Numbered from the stretch's first letter, positions 27,946 through 42,318 are shown. The stretch is 64,000 nt of DNA from Camelus ferus (GCF_009834535.1 NC_045697.1:83826001-83890000); one strand, 5' to 3'. Notes: generated from the letters alone by a model not told the origin. Numbers and translations are program-made.

Positions 27946-29143
27946 GAAATTGGTATTCAGATAAAATAAAATGAATAGGGAAAATGTGACTTTGTAATTC
28001 TCCTCTGAGTTTGTGCAGTGTTAAAAAATACACATACAAGTTAAATAAGCTCTTTTTCATCGTCCAAATCCCTAAGGCAATTCATTTATACTCTATTTTA
28101 ATATATAATTAAGCTTGAAGATAGTCACAGCATTTTTTATTATGAACTCTACTTGGAATAATAAAAGGAAGATTGAGCTTAGGAAAAACTCTTCAAAATG
28201 TACGGTTTTTATCTGGTCCCTTGCCTGCTGGGTGAGATTTCCCATCAACTAGACATCTGGAATATTTCCAGATAACAGTTTGAAGATACTGAGACTTTTG
28301 TTCCCAGAAATAGATTTGACTCCCTGCCTAAGTTTCTACCCCCCCCCCCAAAAAGCATAAAATCAAGATAATATAGCCTTTTTGGCAGAGCACTGGAAAC
28401 TCATAGTTAGATTTACACTACAGTTGCAAAGATCAGTGAATAAATTTTCCATCACTAGATACAACGGCCTTATTACATTTAATTAACTTCAAATGTTTAC
28501 GTTCTGCCTAATCATTCTCCTTCTGTCAATAGCAGTGGAGAAAAAATAAACTGTCCAAAAGTATTTGGTACTTTAGAACATGTTTTTTGCCTGAGATAAA
28601 GCACTTGCACCAAAAAAGTTCTTATGTTTCCCAAAATATGTTCAAATATTACATTTAAGACTAATAACAGATTAACTTTCCTTTACTAAGTAGTTCTAGG
28701 GAATACAGTGAAAAATATATGCAAAACACTAGAACAATTGCAAAAGTTATGTTAATTGAAAAACATTTTAAAATCCACTCAGTTGAAAAACTTCTAGTTA
28801 GGAAAAATGTTCTTTGCAACTTACATTCAGTGCAACATGGACTGGTCCCCTAGCAAACATCTATGACAGAAATCTGTGAGTCAGAGGGTGTTTTCTGAGA
28901 ACTGGGCCTTAGGAGGAACTCATTTTTGGAAAGGGAAGTAAGTCACAATGACTTTGTTTCTTCAAGTCTATACCTGGTCCTTCATATACAAGCTGAAATC
29001 TGAAGTGATTACCCAATAAGATATTTCAAATCATTGAAGATTTTCAAAGCCCTGCAAGGTACCCATCATGATGTCACTAACACTGTCACTATGACATTGG
29101 AGAAGGGAAACAGCCAGTCCTGGGAATAGCAACACACCTGCAA

Positions 29144-29860
29144 ATTCATTCACTCATTCACCCATTCACCCATCCAGCCAACCACATGCACTGATCAACT
29201 GCCCACCCCATGGCAGACGCTGTGGTAGATGCCGTAAAGACAGCTGCGACAAGATTCTTGTCTCCAAAGAGACCAGAATCCATGCAGAGGGAAAATATCA
29301 AAGGATTTAAGTTCTATGGGGAGAACTGCTAAAACAGATATATGAACCTAATCCTATGGGGAAAAAAAAATCAGAAGAACTAGTAAATAACAACCTTGAT
29401 GAAGTCAGAGAGGGTTGCATTGCATGCTCACACACACACACACACATTCACATTAACTAAAATTTCAGCCAGGTATTAGAGAAGAAGTCGGGGTTTGCTG
29501 GGTGGGGTCCGTACAGACGTATCAGGAGGATGGGAAGGTAGTCGGGTCAAAAGAATATCTTAAATCAAAGCATGTAGTTGAGCAGGGGAGTGATGAGTTC
29601 AGAGTATGTGGGTAAGAGTTTTGTACAACTGAAGACACAGCTGAAATGGTAGTTTGGGGTCCAACAGCTACTGCTGCTCTGATAAGGAAACGTAAATTTT
29701 TTAATTTAATTTTTTAGATTATGGGGGGGGGGGTCTCATGGTTACATTTTAAAGTGAGGAAACCAGAGGCCAGGATCCCAGGATCTGTTGCTGAAACAGA
29801 CTAAGGGAGATTCTGAGAGCCTTCAAGCAGTGCAGTGACAACTGGAGCGGAGAAGGGTGA
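29144..29860 (-). mobile_element. Degenerate L2 3' region
   Basis: Starts attcattcactcattca (reverse L2 tail), followed by purine-rich reverse-L2 phrases. Confidence 0.55.
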
Positions 29861-30268
29861 TACAGAAGAAACACATCAACAGTCTGATGACCATACTGGT
29901 TGAGCTTTTGCCTTGGAAGGGAAATTTTTCTGAGATGATTGACAAAACAAATCAGGCAGAGGTTTTACATGGAACTGTTGTATTGAGGACCTAGCATATT
30001 CTATCTGACAGGGACATAGAATTAAATTATTGTTTTCTATTTCTGCCACCTCTTTTTAGTTTTTAAAAAGGATCACTGCAGTGGATGGGCTGGTTATTTA
30101 ATTATGTTAACAGCCTAGAAGGCTTGGTCTGTGTCTTAGGCATTGCTCCATCCCCGTGGCACCACCAAAAAGCTGTTTGTGAATCAAGAGTCAGTTCATT
30201 ACATATGAAAGTTATTCACTAGTATTTGACATCCATGTGTAAACACTTGAAGCCCTGGGAACACTTAC

Positions 30269-30384
30269 TCTGCAGTAATCCAAAGTAGCAACATATTCAT
30301 AAGATCCTAGAGATAGCTCTGGCTTCTCATAGTGGTCCAGTCTTCTTCCAATGTGGTCCAGATGTTGGAAATAGAATGGTGGAA
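30269..30384 (-). CDS. SEC24D: SEC24D coding exon (~exon 10), 116 nt; (V)[38 protein letters not shown]
   Basis: Acceptor ttttcattag|TT, donor AGA|gtaagt, phase 1/0. Confidence 0.97.
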
Positions 30385-33300
30385 CTAATGAAAACAAAAT
30401 AGGAAAGGAAATCTTTTGTTTTTATAACACAGACAATTTAGTAAGTTCTCAAAATTTATCATGGGAAGAAAGGAGTTAGCACAAGAAAAAAATATTTTAC
30501 AGCTAGACTGCAGTATACTCTAAATACCCACCATTAAAAAGCATGCTCGGAAAGAATGAGGGTTTTCTAAAATACCCATTCGATCCTTCTACAAGTTCTT
30601 GATGACAAAGACCGTCAATTATTTGGACAGAGAAACAGGGGATAAAAGTACTGGTGTTTTTCAGTTGTCGCAACCAAAATTTAATTGTCCCTATTTAATT
30701 ACCTCTTTTAAAAGGAATCCCGGCTTTTCTATTTAAATTTTCACTGCATCAGCAAACATACATTGGTTATTTGGACTGTACTGTTAACTAAAATATTTAT
30801 TATCCTTTAATTAAGAGATGTCTTCAGCCGTGGGGAGTTCGCATGGTAATCTTTAATGTCTGGGCTTCAGAGTGGAGAAGATTACTGTATTAGGGAAAGA
30901 CTACACCACTAAGATCTCAGCTGAGGAACTCTTAATTCGATTCAAATGTCTAAGAAGGTTAGTTCTGGCAAAGTCCTGGAAGTCATCCAACAGCACAGGA
31001 ACACTTATGAGTCACACGCTGAACACTTGGACAAATATGGCCTGGCATCTCCGCGCAAACGAACTCCTGTTGCCCTGAGATTAATAGGGCTGGCGATTAA
31101 ACCACTGACAACAGACGTGTTTAGAATAACCAGCAATGCTCTGCTTTTCAGCATTTCATAGAAAATTTGTAAAACCACAGAAGCAATGACTTTTGTTTTA
31201 AAACCAATAGCTCAGTATTCTTTCTTTTTAGTTTTGAACTAGCATGGATTATAACAGGACCGTTTTCTCAGTTTGGACTTAAAAAAATCACTAAGCTTGA
31301 TTTTTTTCTATTTTCTTACCACATTGTGGCCATTTCTTTTTAAACCTTTTTAAGATTCATATGTATGTGTGGATCTCTGATTTGGAAAACTCACTGTCTT
31401 GGGAAGATTACAGCAGTGGGAAACTGAAAGTCTCAGCTGAGCAAAGAAAGTTATGAGGGTCTTAAACTGCTATTTTGTGACATTCAGATGAGATGGATAT
31501 GCTGGTTCTAGGATGTATAGGTGGTCATTTCTACGTCGTTTCTGTAATTTATTTTCATTCACACATCTGCATGTAATATGTGAACATTTTTCCACTTAAA
31601 ATTAATGAGTTTTATATTTGTTAGCATTTAATATCATGTGTCATGTTTTATAAGCCAGAATTCAAGTCCCCCCATAAATTATGCACTGCCACACGACACT
31701 CATCTTCCTGTGTGTCTTCTGGCCTCACACACTTCCCACTGTGCAACCTCTGGACACTTGGAAGGGAAATAGAGTGGAACCATGTGACCACACCTGCTGG
31801 GTTTTCTCGAACCCTAACAAAGTCCTGTCTTCTTTAAACCTAAATGAAGAATGTAGCTGTCAATGTAAATAAATCTAAGGGAGTCTGGCTTCCTTGTAGG
31901 AACAAATATTGGAGTCTACTATGAATAACCCTATCAAAAAATGAACATGGAAGCTTCCTAGGAGTGGATGCCCAAGGGAGGGGAATTTATTGTCCAGAAA
32001 TATAAGAACTCTGAGCGCTTTTCCTCTACCGGGAAGTGGCAGGGCCTTTTAAGGCTCTGAGTTGACACTTTGGGTGTGAGGCCAGAGAGTCACACCAAAT
32101 TAAAGATCCTAGATGCTCCAAGTGGATAGGTCCTGGATAAATTTCTGATCACCTTGCTGGAGAGCTGAGGGCTTGAGTGAAGACACTGAGATCTAGTGAC
32201 CTTGGTGGAAGCACTTATCAAAATACTTCAGGGAGAGCCCTCTGCCTTCTTGTAACATTTTCCCCCAAACTAAATAAGAGGGAAGTGCACTGTCATGGGG
32301 TCCCTGAGATCCAGGTCCCACGACTGTGTGACAGCCAGATTCAGTGGCAGAGTCCATCCAGGATGAGAGATGGAATAAGATCTTCCTCAGAAAGAGAAGT
32401 AAGGGTGGAGAAGCAGCAGAATCTGGTCTCACCACTAAACCCAATTTGTACCGAGTAGACCCCCCAGGTGGAGTAAGGAGAGAGACCTCCCACGAGGACC
32501 GTAACCCAGTCTTCGAGATGAGGCTGAAACCAATGAATCCGCTCCACAGCAAGGCACTTCCAAGACCTGACTGGAGGTCTTCGTGAGAAAGCCTCACTGT
32601 GTCAAGTCTCTGGCACTGGGAGCTGGGCAAAGCCATGGACTGTGATCAGGGGGCAGGTAAACAAGGGGACAGTATCACTCTCCCACCAGAGGATGAACAT
32701 ACAGGGAGCCCAGAGGCCATGAACGTGACGACATGGGCACAAAGCTGTGCCTGAGCTCACAGGCCATCGGGGAGCAGCCACAGGAGACGTGGCTCCTGGG
32801 CAGAGTGCTATACACTCCTCAGATCGGGGACCTGCAGGGAAGGGTGTCTACAAGGATGAGAAGACGAGGAAAACACAGAAAAGACTCATGTTCTCATACT
32901 CATCGCACAGTTCTAGAAAAACTATAAATGTAAATGAACGTGGGGATGTTCACAGCCTGAGAATGAGCTTTGGTTGACACCAAAGAACTAAAAATAGATG
33001 TTATAAATATAACAAATGTAAGTGCTTTTGGCAAGCCTGAAGTTACTTTTCAACATCAGTGAATTCATATTGGAATGAAATTGAAAATATAGTGAATCCG
33101 GGGAAGCCCCTCGTTACGATGATTTTTTTTCTTTGTTAGACAATCTGTCACTCATGTTGGCGGGAAAAGAAATCTATATACATGTTAGAGCCCGTAGTGA
33201 TACCTGAGCTTTTCCTGAATACTGATGAATTCACATTCAAGAATAACTGGGAGGAACGGTGAAAAAGGGAACCATCTCTCAAGTTTATCATAAAAGAAAG

Positions 33301-33547
33301 TTCTTTATAATTTCCCTGAAAGAAACCAACCAGAGCACACTCAGTTTAGGACATCCAAGCCCCCCGGAGTCTCATATGAATGCATGAGTTCCACAGGGAA
33401 GTTGCTATGTTTCTCATAAAACTCCAAAGTAGGGAAGTCATTTCATTTCCCAATTCCTCTCCACAAAGCCTCAGTCAGAGGCGAAAGGAAATTTTACCTC
33501 TTCTGTCTACAGATGATAAACCTGGGAGGCTGTTCCTTCTCTCATCA

Positions 33548-33820
<273 letters not shown>

Positions 33821-34272
33821 CTACAGGAAGCAAGTGAAGTAAGAGACAGGTGCACATGGGATTTCCAGGTATTTCAGAAGTCCTAGGTGTTAACTGTAAC
33901 TGGAAAACTCTTCTAATGGGCTCGTTAAGGAACTCAACCCTTAGCGTTCACCAGGGGAGTAAGGATGCCTCCCTGGACATTCAAGGCGATACCCAAACAG
34001 AAATGATTTTAACTGCACATCTAATTTATAAGCATATACTCATATTAATGTATATGTGTGTATGTATATTTACCTACGTGTGTGGAGACAGAAAGAGAAA
34101 AAATACAATGATGATAATAATACTTAACAAAGCTTATGCTGAAGATGTCCTGGACAATTTGTATCACATATTTCGCTAAGTTTGTTCATTAACTGTAAAT
34201 AAAGAAGGGAATTGGGTCTGATTTTAAAGGCTCTAGTTTGCACAGCAGTATGCTGTTTAGACAGTTCCATTG

Positions 34273-34502
34273 CAGTATACAAAACGTTTCTTCAAAAATG
34301 CAACTGTCTGAAGATGTTCACTTATTTAGGCAAGGAGCCTGATTCTGCCTTTTCTGTTTCTTTATTCCATGACACAATGTCTCACGAAGGACTCTTAAGG
34401 TGGCTGGTCAGGCTTTGCCAGAACAAAACAATAAATATTTCAGCTGCTTCTTCCTCATAAACATGCGTGGAAACCATAACACATCTTCTGCAGCTTGAAA
34501 GT
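34273..34502. repeat. Local direct duplication, copy 1 (partner 35424-35663)
   Basis: Colinear match over ~230 bp, including a 57-nt identical block. Confidence 0.95.
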
Positions 34503-35423
34503 TAAAATGCTCAGCAGTAGAAGTCTGCCTTGTTTCTCAGCGCTTCTGGCTCTCAGAATAAAACCACAAAGATTCTTCTTGTTTTTGTAAATCTCCTTAA
34601 AGATAACATGTCTAGAAAAGCTTGACAACTACCGGGTTTGGCACATCAACTAAGTTTTCCTTTAAAGAAAAAGGCGTAAATAAAGCTGACTGCTCTTTAA
34701 TGGAGTCAGACACGCAGAGCGGGAGGAAAGTGGCGATGAGGTGGGGCCATAAGGCCATTTTCTGCTGTTTTCTTAGGGAAAAAAAAAGAGAGAGGGAGAG
34801 AGATCTACTGTTTGTCTTGCCTACATGTTCAACATGAGAACTAATCCACTAGTGAGGTTTCAGAAATGAGTTGTGAGGTCTCAGAGCAGAAAACAAAAAA
34901 CAAAAAACAAACAAAAAAAAAACCAGGTAGTATAATATACAAAAGAATCAAGGAAAGGATAAAAAACAAATATATTCAGAGTCACTCCCTCTGCACTGCC
35001 CTCTCCCCCACCTCTTGCCTCCAGGAAGCCAGAGATGGACTGGATTGTCTTGTTTCTGGTCTCTTCTGATCTACAGCATGGGTGTCGCTCTGGTGTCCCA
35101 CCCATAGGGCTGTGACAAGGAATCCACGTGTGGGACAGAGTACTATGCCTGCACACATTATCGGATATGAGATAACTAACTTGTTATCAGATCTGTACAG
35201 AACCACCTTTCCTCTCTCAAAACCACTCAGCTCAGGAGAGCGTGATATTTAACAGCAGAGTTAGAGACAGGCTTGAGTTTCTAAAGGTGTTTATTAGTAA
35301 AAGTATTTAAATTAGCTAACTTGTTAGTGTAACACGTTATTGTAAAAATGACCTAGAAGACAGGGAATCTACCTTTCAAGAACTTCTGATACAATCTGAT
35401 GGTTAAAAAAAAGTTGAGAGGCA

Positions 35424-35663
35424 CAGTATACAAAATATTTCTTCAAAAATGCAACTCTGAAGAAATACGTAATAACGTTCACTTATTTAGGCAAGGAGGC
35501 TGACTCTGCCTCTTCTGTTTCTTTATCCCATGACACAGTGTCTCACAAAAGATTCTCAAGGTGGCCAGTCAGGCTTTGCCAGAACAAAACAATAAATATT
35601 TCAGCTGCTTCTTCCTCATAAACACATGTGGAAACCATGACACATCTTTCACAGCTGGGAAGT
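35424..35663. repeat. Local direct duplication, copy 2 (partner 34273-34502)
   Basis: Same sequence as copy 1, with a ~12-nt extra segment near 35463-35475. Confidence 0.95.
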
Positions 35664-37727
35664 CGTAGTAGATTCTAAAACCATTCGAGGAGTCTGATTG
35701 AAATACACATATACATATTCAAATACTGACATAAGTAACATTTTTCAAATAAAAATTTCTTGTGTGAAAGGTATAAAGTGATAAATGTGTAACCTCTTCA
35801 ACTGGTAATAGTAAGAAATAATCTGAGGGGACAAAAGAGAAGCAAACAAGCTATAGGTGCCAACAAGAGGTTCTTAAGACAATGAACGGAGAATCAGAAT
35901 GAGAAGTGAAAGATAATAAAAATCTAAGGATAAGGTAGCTTTTTCTGGGTAAAAAAAATCCAATCATCGATCATGACTTTGGTTGCTGCTCTGTTTTACA
36001 ACTTCAACCTCTGAGATCAGGAGATGCTTTTAAGAAGAGTTACGCTAGTATTAAAGTCTGCAGTTTGCATAAACTCCAGCCAAGTTTACTTCACTCATCC
36101 TTTTATTTTCAAAGAGTTCAAGGACTATAATCAATTCCCTGAGATACTTTAGAAATGAAAGCTGATGCAATTATTTGCTAGACAAAGCAGAGGTAATGGA
36201 AGGAAAATTAACCTTATTTTTACTGATATGATTTACTCAAAGGCAGGCCTAGCCTAAAATTACTGAAATTGTCGGCCACTAACACCTAAGCATTCCAGTC
36301 CTGGCAGATTCAAACTTGCAGAACTGAAAAGGAATGTCTAGGAACAAACTGGTGTCGAGTTATGACTGTATTGAGGCTGTTAAACACACTTGAATTTAAT
36401 TGTTTTCTATTTTCACTCTTTTGGAAACTGGATGATGGATCAGTAAGAAGGGTCTTCAGACAACTGAGGTGACAGTAAAGAATGTTAAAAGTTTTTGAAC
36501 TGTTTACATTTTCTTTTTGGGTTTCTAAATTCCACTGCCTTGTTTCATCTCTCTCAGGCCGTGCAGAAAACCATCAGAGGGTTTTCTTTGCTCTCTCCAG
36601 ATGTCTGCTTATCTGCTCTCCAGTAGTGTGCAGGAGCCCAGAAAGAGCTAGTCTCAATTTTCTTCTGAGTTCAACTTTACTGTATATGGCTTTTTTAAAG
36701 AAAACAAAAACAAAAACAAAAACTAGATGACTTTCCAAAAACTAAGTTTTGTTTACTTCTTACCAAGGCATTATATCATACTTACCTCAGAAATGTTTTC
36801 ACATTTTATAATCTTGTGTGTAAATGTGCTTTAATCTTTTGGCCTCCAGTATATCCCTGCCGGCTCTTTCTTTCCTGTTCTTCTCTTAAATGGAAAAAGT
36901 GAAAGGATGGAGAGTCCAGCTCTAAAACCCTCATCTGGCTATTCCTGGCTCTGGTCCTGTGTAGCATGAGTTTACATAACACGCAAGTGATGGGGGTGCT
37001 GGGAAGGAAGCAGGGGAGACTAATACCTGAACCTTTTGCTTATACTTTTGGACTACAAGGGTTATGCCAAATATCTTATTGGTACTAAATTTTAATTAAA
37101 ATACTTCAATTGAATAAAACCTATCTCTTTTTTGTGCATATGGACCACAGGCAAGAATTGAGAAATCAGGTTCAGTGTTAGAACTTCTGGTTCTTATTCC
37201 ATGTCAAAGCAGTAGACAACAAAGTATATCAATCAATAACTCCTTGGCACTACTAATACATTGTTTGAAGTCTTCCTATATTTATATACCATCAGTTTCC
37301 CTGCCATTCTCTTTAACATCTGTGCAATCGGTGCCGGGTTTGTTGTGTGACTTGGTAGGACATACAGCCCAGGAGCATAGAAAGACATTAAACAAACAAT
37401 AATGCAAATATGCAATTAAGAGAGCAAGGTAGGGGTAGAGGATACTTGGGAAATCATCACTAATGAAAGCAATGTTAAACTGTTCACAGATTGTAATCCA
37501 AAATAAAAATAGATGCTCAAAGAAAATGAGGCGCAACCTAGAAAGATCCCACGGGGAGAACTCTGATAAAGTTTGCAGTCTGTGTGGTTTGGTCTTGGCA
37601 TCTCTATAACGAAGAAAAGTCTGAATACACCATTCTTGTTATATAGTCTATACAGAAGGCAGCTAAATCCTACAAGCTGATTATACTGGATCTGGGAAGT
37701 TGAAAATGAAGGTGTTCTTACAGCACA

Positions 37728-37746
37728 GATCCAGTAGGTGGCACTG
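37728..37746 (+). promoter_or_regulatory. Candidate CTCF site
   Basis: gatCCAGTAGGTGGCACtg fits the CTCF core. Motif evidence only. Confidence 0.45.
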
Positions 37747-39509
37747 TACAACTGAAAATTGAAACAGAACGATGTAATTTCCTTAGGTAATAAAATAATC
37801 AAGGTAATTATGCTACACTCATTTTATGTAACTATAATAACATTTAACTGAACTTATGTCAGTTCTTACAATCACAAAATTAAGAAACCTATACTTTTCT
37901 TGAAAAATCCTTTGATAATGGTTAAAACTATTGCTGGTGAAACAAAATGTGATTAAACATGAAATGCAGGCTATTTTTAAGCATCAATTATATAGAAATT
38001 CCAGAGTGTGCCAAATTTATTGAATATAATAGCCAAGAGAAAACATATTTTAAAAGCTTCTAATCCTCTCCCAACTTTTCCTTGACTGCACGTATGGAAA
38101 CAGGCATCTTAGGGACCGGCAGCCCCCCGAGCACAGCAGGCAGGCTGACGGTAGCCCAGGAGGCGGAGGCACCGGGATGCCAGCGCTCCCACTGCCAGCA
38201 CCCACCCCCTCCCTCCACATTTGCATCTGAGGTGTGAAATAACCAAGCAAAGACAATGAAGCTGCATCCTGCTGCTCAGCAGTGCACAGTGATGGAGAAA
38301 CGATTTTCTAAAGCAGACACCTAGCTTCCTGCTGGAACATCAAATCACAGGCAGCGGTGTGAATGAGGGGAGAGACAGGACAGAGTGGCCAAATCGGAGA
38401 CTGCAGGAACACCTTGACTTGGGAAGGTATTCCTGCCTATCTCTAGAATATTCCCAGGTAAAAACTGCCTCTCTCCCCGCTTTCTTCTTCCATTGCCCCA
38501 CTCACTGCCCACCTCATTTTTCAGGACCCGAGTTCACCTAAGTCCCAATACACACACACATACACAAGCTCACCCTTTAACCACCCACTTTCCCCTGTCT
38601 TCTAATACATGTTTACCGATTTTGAAAAAATACACATTTCCCATTTTCCATGTCTACTTCTCTTCCCTTTTTTCTCCCCTTTTATTTCCTCCACTAGAAG
38701 TCTTCAGGAAAGTAATCAGTGTCCTGGGACTACACAGTTGTTCCCCATATGACCAATATTCTACTTTACTAAATGCCTGAAGGAATACCAGGCTAAACAG
38801 TGACCAGTCATGGGAGATATATTTTTGCCTACCGTGATTCCTAAATCTGACCAGAAGGTTTCCAGCAAGAAGACCTGCCAAAAGGTGACACGGTCCTCCA
38901 GCCCGATACAGGATCATACTCAACATCAGGTTATACTCCCCAGGGAACCACTGTGAAGCTGTATCTCTCGCAGCAATGGTTTCCTATCGTCAAATGCGAC
39001 TCTGGCACACGGCTTCTTGAGGTCGGGGTGCTGCTTTTTTTTTTTGATCTAGCTCAAGAGAGGTCAGTTGGTAATTTGGATTAATTGAGGGATATAAGTA
39101 GAAGCACAACAATGGTATGTGAAAAGATAATCCAGAACCTGTGATGAACAGCCACCCTCTAAAATGTTAAACATTCAGACTATTAGGCGTGCTGAAGACA
39201 AGCAGAGTCAGATTCCCAGAGGATTATGGCCAGCAGCTAAAACAGAGAGTGTCTGTATCAACTGCACTTATTAAAGATATTTCCATAGGAAAAGAGAACT
39301 GAGAAGCAGCTTATGTGTGTTTCCTTTTTTTAGCTTCACCATATATGACATTCAGTCAGCCAACATGGACGGAAAAGGCACAGGACAACAGGCTACCTAC
39401 TGGGCATATGTTTTCTCAGCAGCAGTATTATTTTGTTGAACTTTTAAGAATAATGAGTACAGTATGAAAGAACTCTGTTTTCTGAATGCCTTTCAAAAAT
39501 CCTGTTATG

Positions 39510-39657
39510 AGGGGGGAGGGTATAGCTCAGTGGCAGAGTGCATGCCTAGCACGCACAAGGTCCTGGGTTCAATTCCCATACTTCCTCTAAAAAGAAATAA
39601 ACCTAATAACCCCCACCAAATAAAATAAATAATACAATAAGAAATAAAATATTTTAA
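39510..39657 (+). mobile_element. tRNA-derived SINE (Vic-1-like) with TSD
   Basis: gggtatagctcagtggcagag...ggtcctgggttcaattccc plus A-rich tail. TSD aaaaatc(c/a)tg(t/c)tatg at 39495-39509 and 39658-39672. Confidence 0.9.
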
Positions 39658-42245
39658 AAAAATCATGCTATGCATCTTTTAAAAAGAAAGAGAGCCTGAT
39701 AATAAAAACTTCAATGTATTATATTAATTACAAGAATATGTTTATACTTTTCCAGGATGTTTTCAGTTGGCCTTTGACCTAAAACATCGTGTTCTCCAGA
39801 AAATTAGCTTCTTTCTAGTTGGAGTGTTTGTGGCACTTGAGAGATTATTTTCGATTTTTTTCCCTTCAATGTTGCTGTGGCGTCTATTCTTGTTATAACT
39901 ATATCTAGAGTGTATGTTGGATGTGAACATGTCTTTAATGTGGAAATTAGTCTTTCTTGATTTGGGGCCATTGTTTCTGTTTTGGTCTATCCAGCATTGC
40001 AAAATCCTGACAAATGTGACCAATTCAAACTTATAATATAAGTAAGATCATAACGATTACCTGTATGATTTGTAGTTTAAAATGTTTTCATGTATGAAAG
40101 CCTCAGTGTGATGCTGAGATGGTGACAACCCCACGGGTGGGAATTACCACCCATGTGGTTCAAAAGGGAATGGACATCAGTGAGGGAAGCCACTTGTCCA
40201 ACAACATGCAGAGCTGAAGCTTCCATCCCCCTTCATTTCTATGCTCTATGTTCAGAAGCAGCTTGCAGATCACTTCCATAGAAAAGCAGTTTCAGAGAAG
40301 CTGCCATCAGCCATCTACGACGTGAACCAAGCCCCTTGCGGTGCCTGGTATCCACGAAGGGTCTCCTGCCATTTCTCTCTCTCTTTCTCTAAGGAGCTAT
40401 TTTATATATTTTCAACCTCATTTCATCCTTCAGATAAGCTCAGCAGGTAACTCCGCCTCCTTGCTCATAAAGAAAACAGAAAACCTCAGACAGGAACTCC
40501 CCTGACTTCTCCTCACGAATTTGCAAGCACCTACCTCACGTTTCCCTTCCCCTCTTCCGTTACAGTCGAAGGGGTCCCCTCTCTCCTCCTGGCTTGTTCC
40601 CAGAGACCCCATCTAAGCTGGGACCAAGTCTCCGCTGGGCCGCTCCACACAGGCGTGGGCCTCTCAGCCATGTGTTCCGTGTGACCCAGTGTCTGACAGC
40701 ACTCATCACTTACTTTTTGGTATCATGACTAAATTCTCAGACCCATGCCCTGCAGGTCTAACTTGTTTGTTTTGTTTTGTTTTATTGTTGTGTCTCTTCT
40801 ATCCCAATACCCAAGACAATGGGCAGTCCAGAGTTTTTGAATGAACAAACAAAATATCAACCAGGTACCCACAAATATATTGTCATAAGCTCAGGGCAGT
40901 TCATGGTAGGTGCTAAACAAAAGGCACAAATAAAAGAAGAAGTCACTTGTGATGGGGGATCAATAAAGGCTTCTTTTGAGGAAGAGGTGGGCAGTTACAA
41001 GGAGTTACATTCCAGTGGCAGAGAACAGTGAGAACAACACAGCTCAAGAAGACAAATCTGAGCTTGGGGCACGTCGGTGGTCAGCAGGCAAGTAGCCTGG
41101 TCCTGCTGAGATGAAGGAAGTTAAAGAGGAAGGTTGGAGTGATTTAATAGAGAGTTTTTAAAGCCAGGTCCACATACACACGCACACACACACCTCAGAT
41201 CAGCTGTTACTAGATGGTAACAACTCTGACAAGATAGTTGAGATTTTACCACTCACTAAACTAAAACAATGTCCTTGGAACAATGGTTGGTATAGGTTTT
41301 GAAACCTGCTCATAAATTAGCAAATCAGGTTTTTTTTTACAGTTACCATGAAGGATTTTTAGAATTTCTGTTTCATCATCTCCTGTATTTTATTCAATTC
41401 CTAAAAACTCTTTTAAAAATAAACTCAAAAGATGTTTGAATGTTAGTTCTAGTTTTTAAAGTAAATTTCTAAATAAAAAAGTTCACTCCTTAACAGCTTA
41501 GGTAAACCTCAGGTTCACCACCGATCCCCTGGACTTACAGTTCAGAGTAAATTATCAATAAATATTTGTTGAATAGATGACAAGAAAAGGAAGGCAGGAA
41601 GAAGGGGAAAAAACTGAAGTCTGAATGAAAAAAAAAAAAAGTGAAGGAAGAAGAAAAACACAGAAGTCATGTTTAGACAGGAGGATATTTGCCAGTTCTC
41701 TCATCACAGAAGTTTAAGTCTGAGTGCGATAAACCTTAATATGTTAAGTTCATCCAAATATACGCACAGATAACTTCACTGGGAGGCTCTTCTCTTGCAA
41801 TGGGCAATAGCATCTTAAAGCAAATGCAGCTGTGACCTTTCTCCCCAGGTCCTCGAATGCCAGGAGGGCTTTTCAGTGGGAAGGTCAAGTTGGACTATAC
41901 GCTGAAGTCTATGAAAGGGCTGCTCCTGGTGACAGGGCATCCAGTTTCAAAAGGGAAAATAAATGCCGGTGCAGTTCAGAGAGCACCACAGTATCAGTTT
42001 TCCTGAATGGCAGTCCTAGGTCATTGGCTACATCACAAATGGTATGCTAAACACAAACAAAGTGGTCTGTTTGGATTGGGTTATGCTGATGCAGTCTTTC
42101 GAGTTATGGGTATATTCACAAAGATCAGCATTGTTTTTCTCGCTGGAACAGATGCTAGAAACTCTTGAATAAGGCACTGCTTCTCAAGGAGCTAGGACAG
42201 TCAGGAATTCTATAGCTGAGAGACATTTTCCCACATTTCTTTTAA

Positions 42246-42318
42246 TTTAATTTTTAATTCTTATTTGTTATTGAAATATAGTCAATTTACAATGTTAGTT
42301 TCGTGTGCATAGCAGAGC
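42246..42318 (-). mobile_element. Very short retroposon (L1 3' terminus) with 17-bp TSD
   Basis: attgaaatatagtcaatttacaatgttagtttc flanked by tcccac(a/c)tttcttttaa at 42229-42245 and 42319-42335. Confidence 0.75.

Noticed and set aside
31990..32860. Purine/GC-rich stretch with several overlapping ORFs, possibly an old LTR
   Set aside because: I could not identify TG...CA ends, a TSD or a family, so it is left unannotated.
34273..34502. Duplicated unit as an intronic snoRNA pair
   Set aside because: I could not find convincing terminal C/D boxes or an H/ACA two-hairpin layout on the transcribed strand. It is kept only as a duplication.
39763..40023. 86-aa Lys/Asn/Arg-rich ORF, possibly a transposase relic
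   Set aside because: No recognisable catalytic or DNA-binding motif; the composition is explained by a T-rich plus strand.
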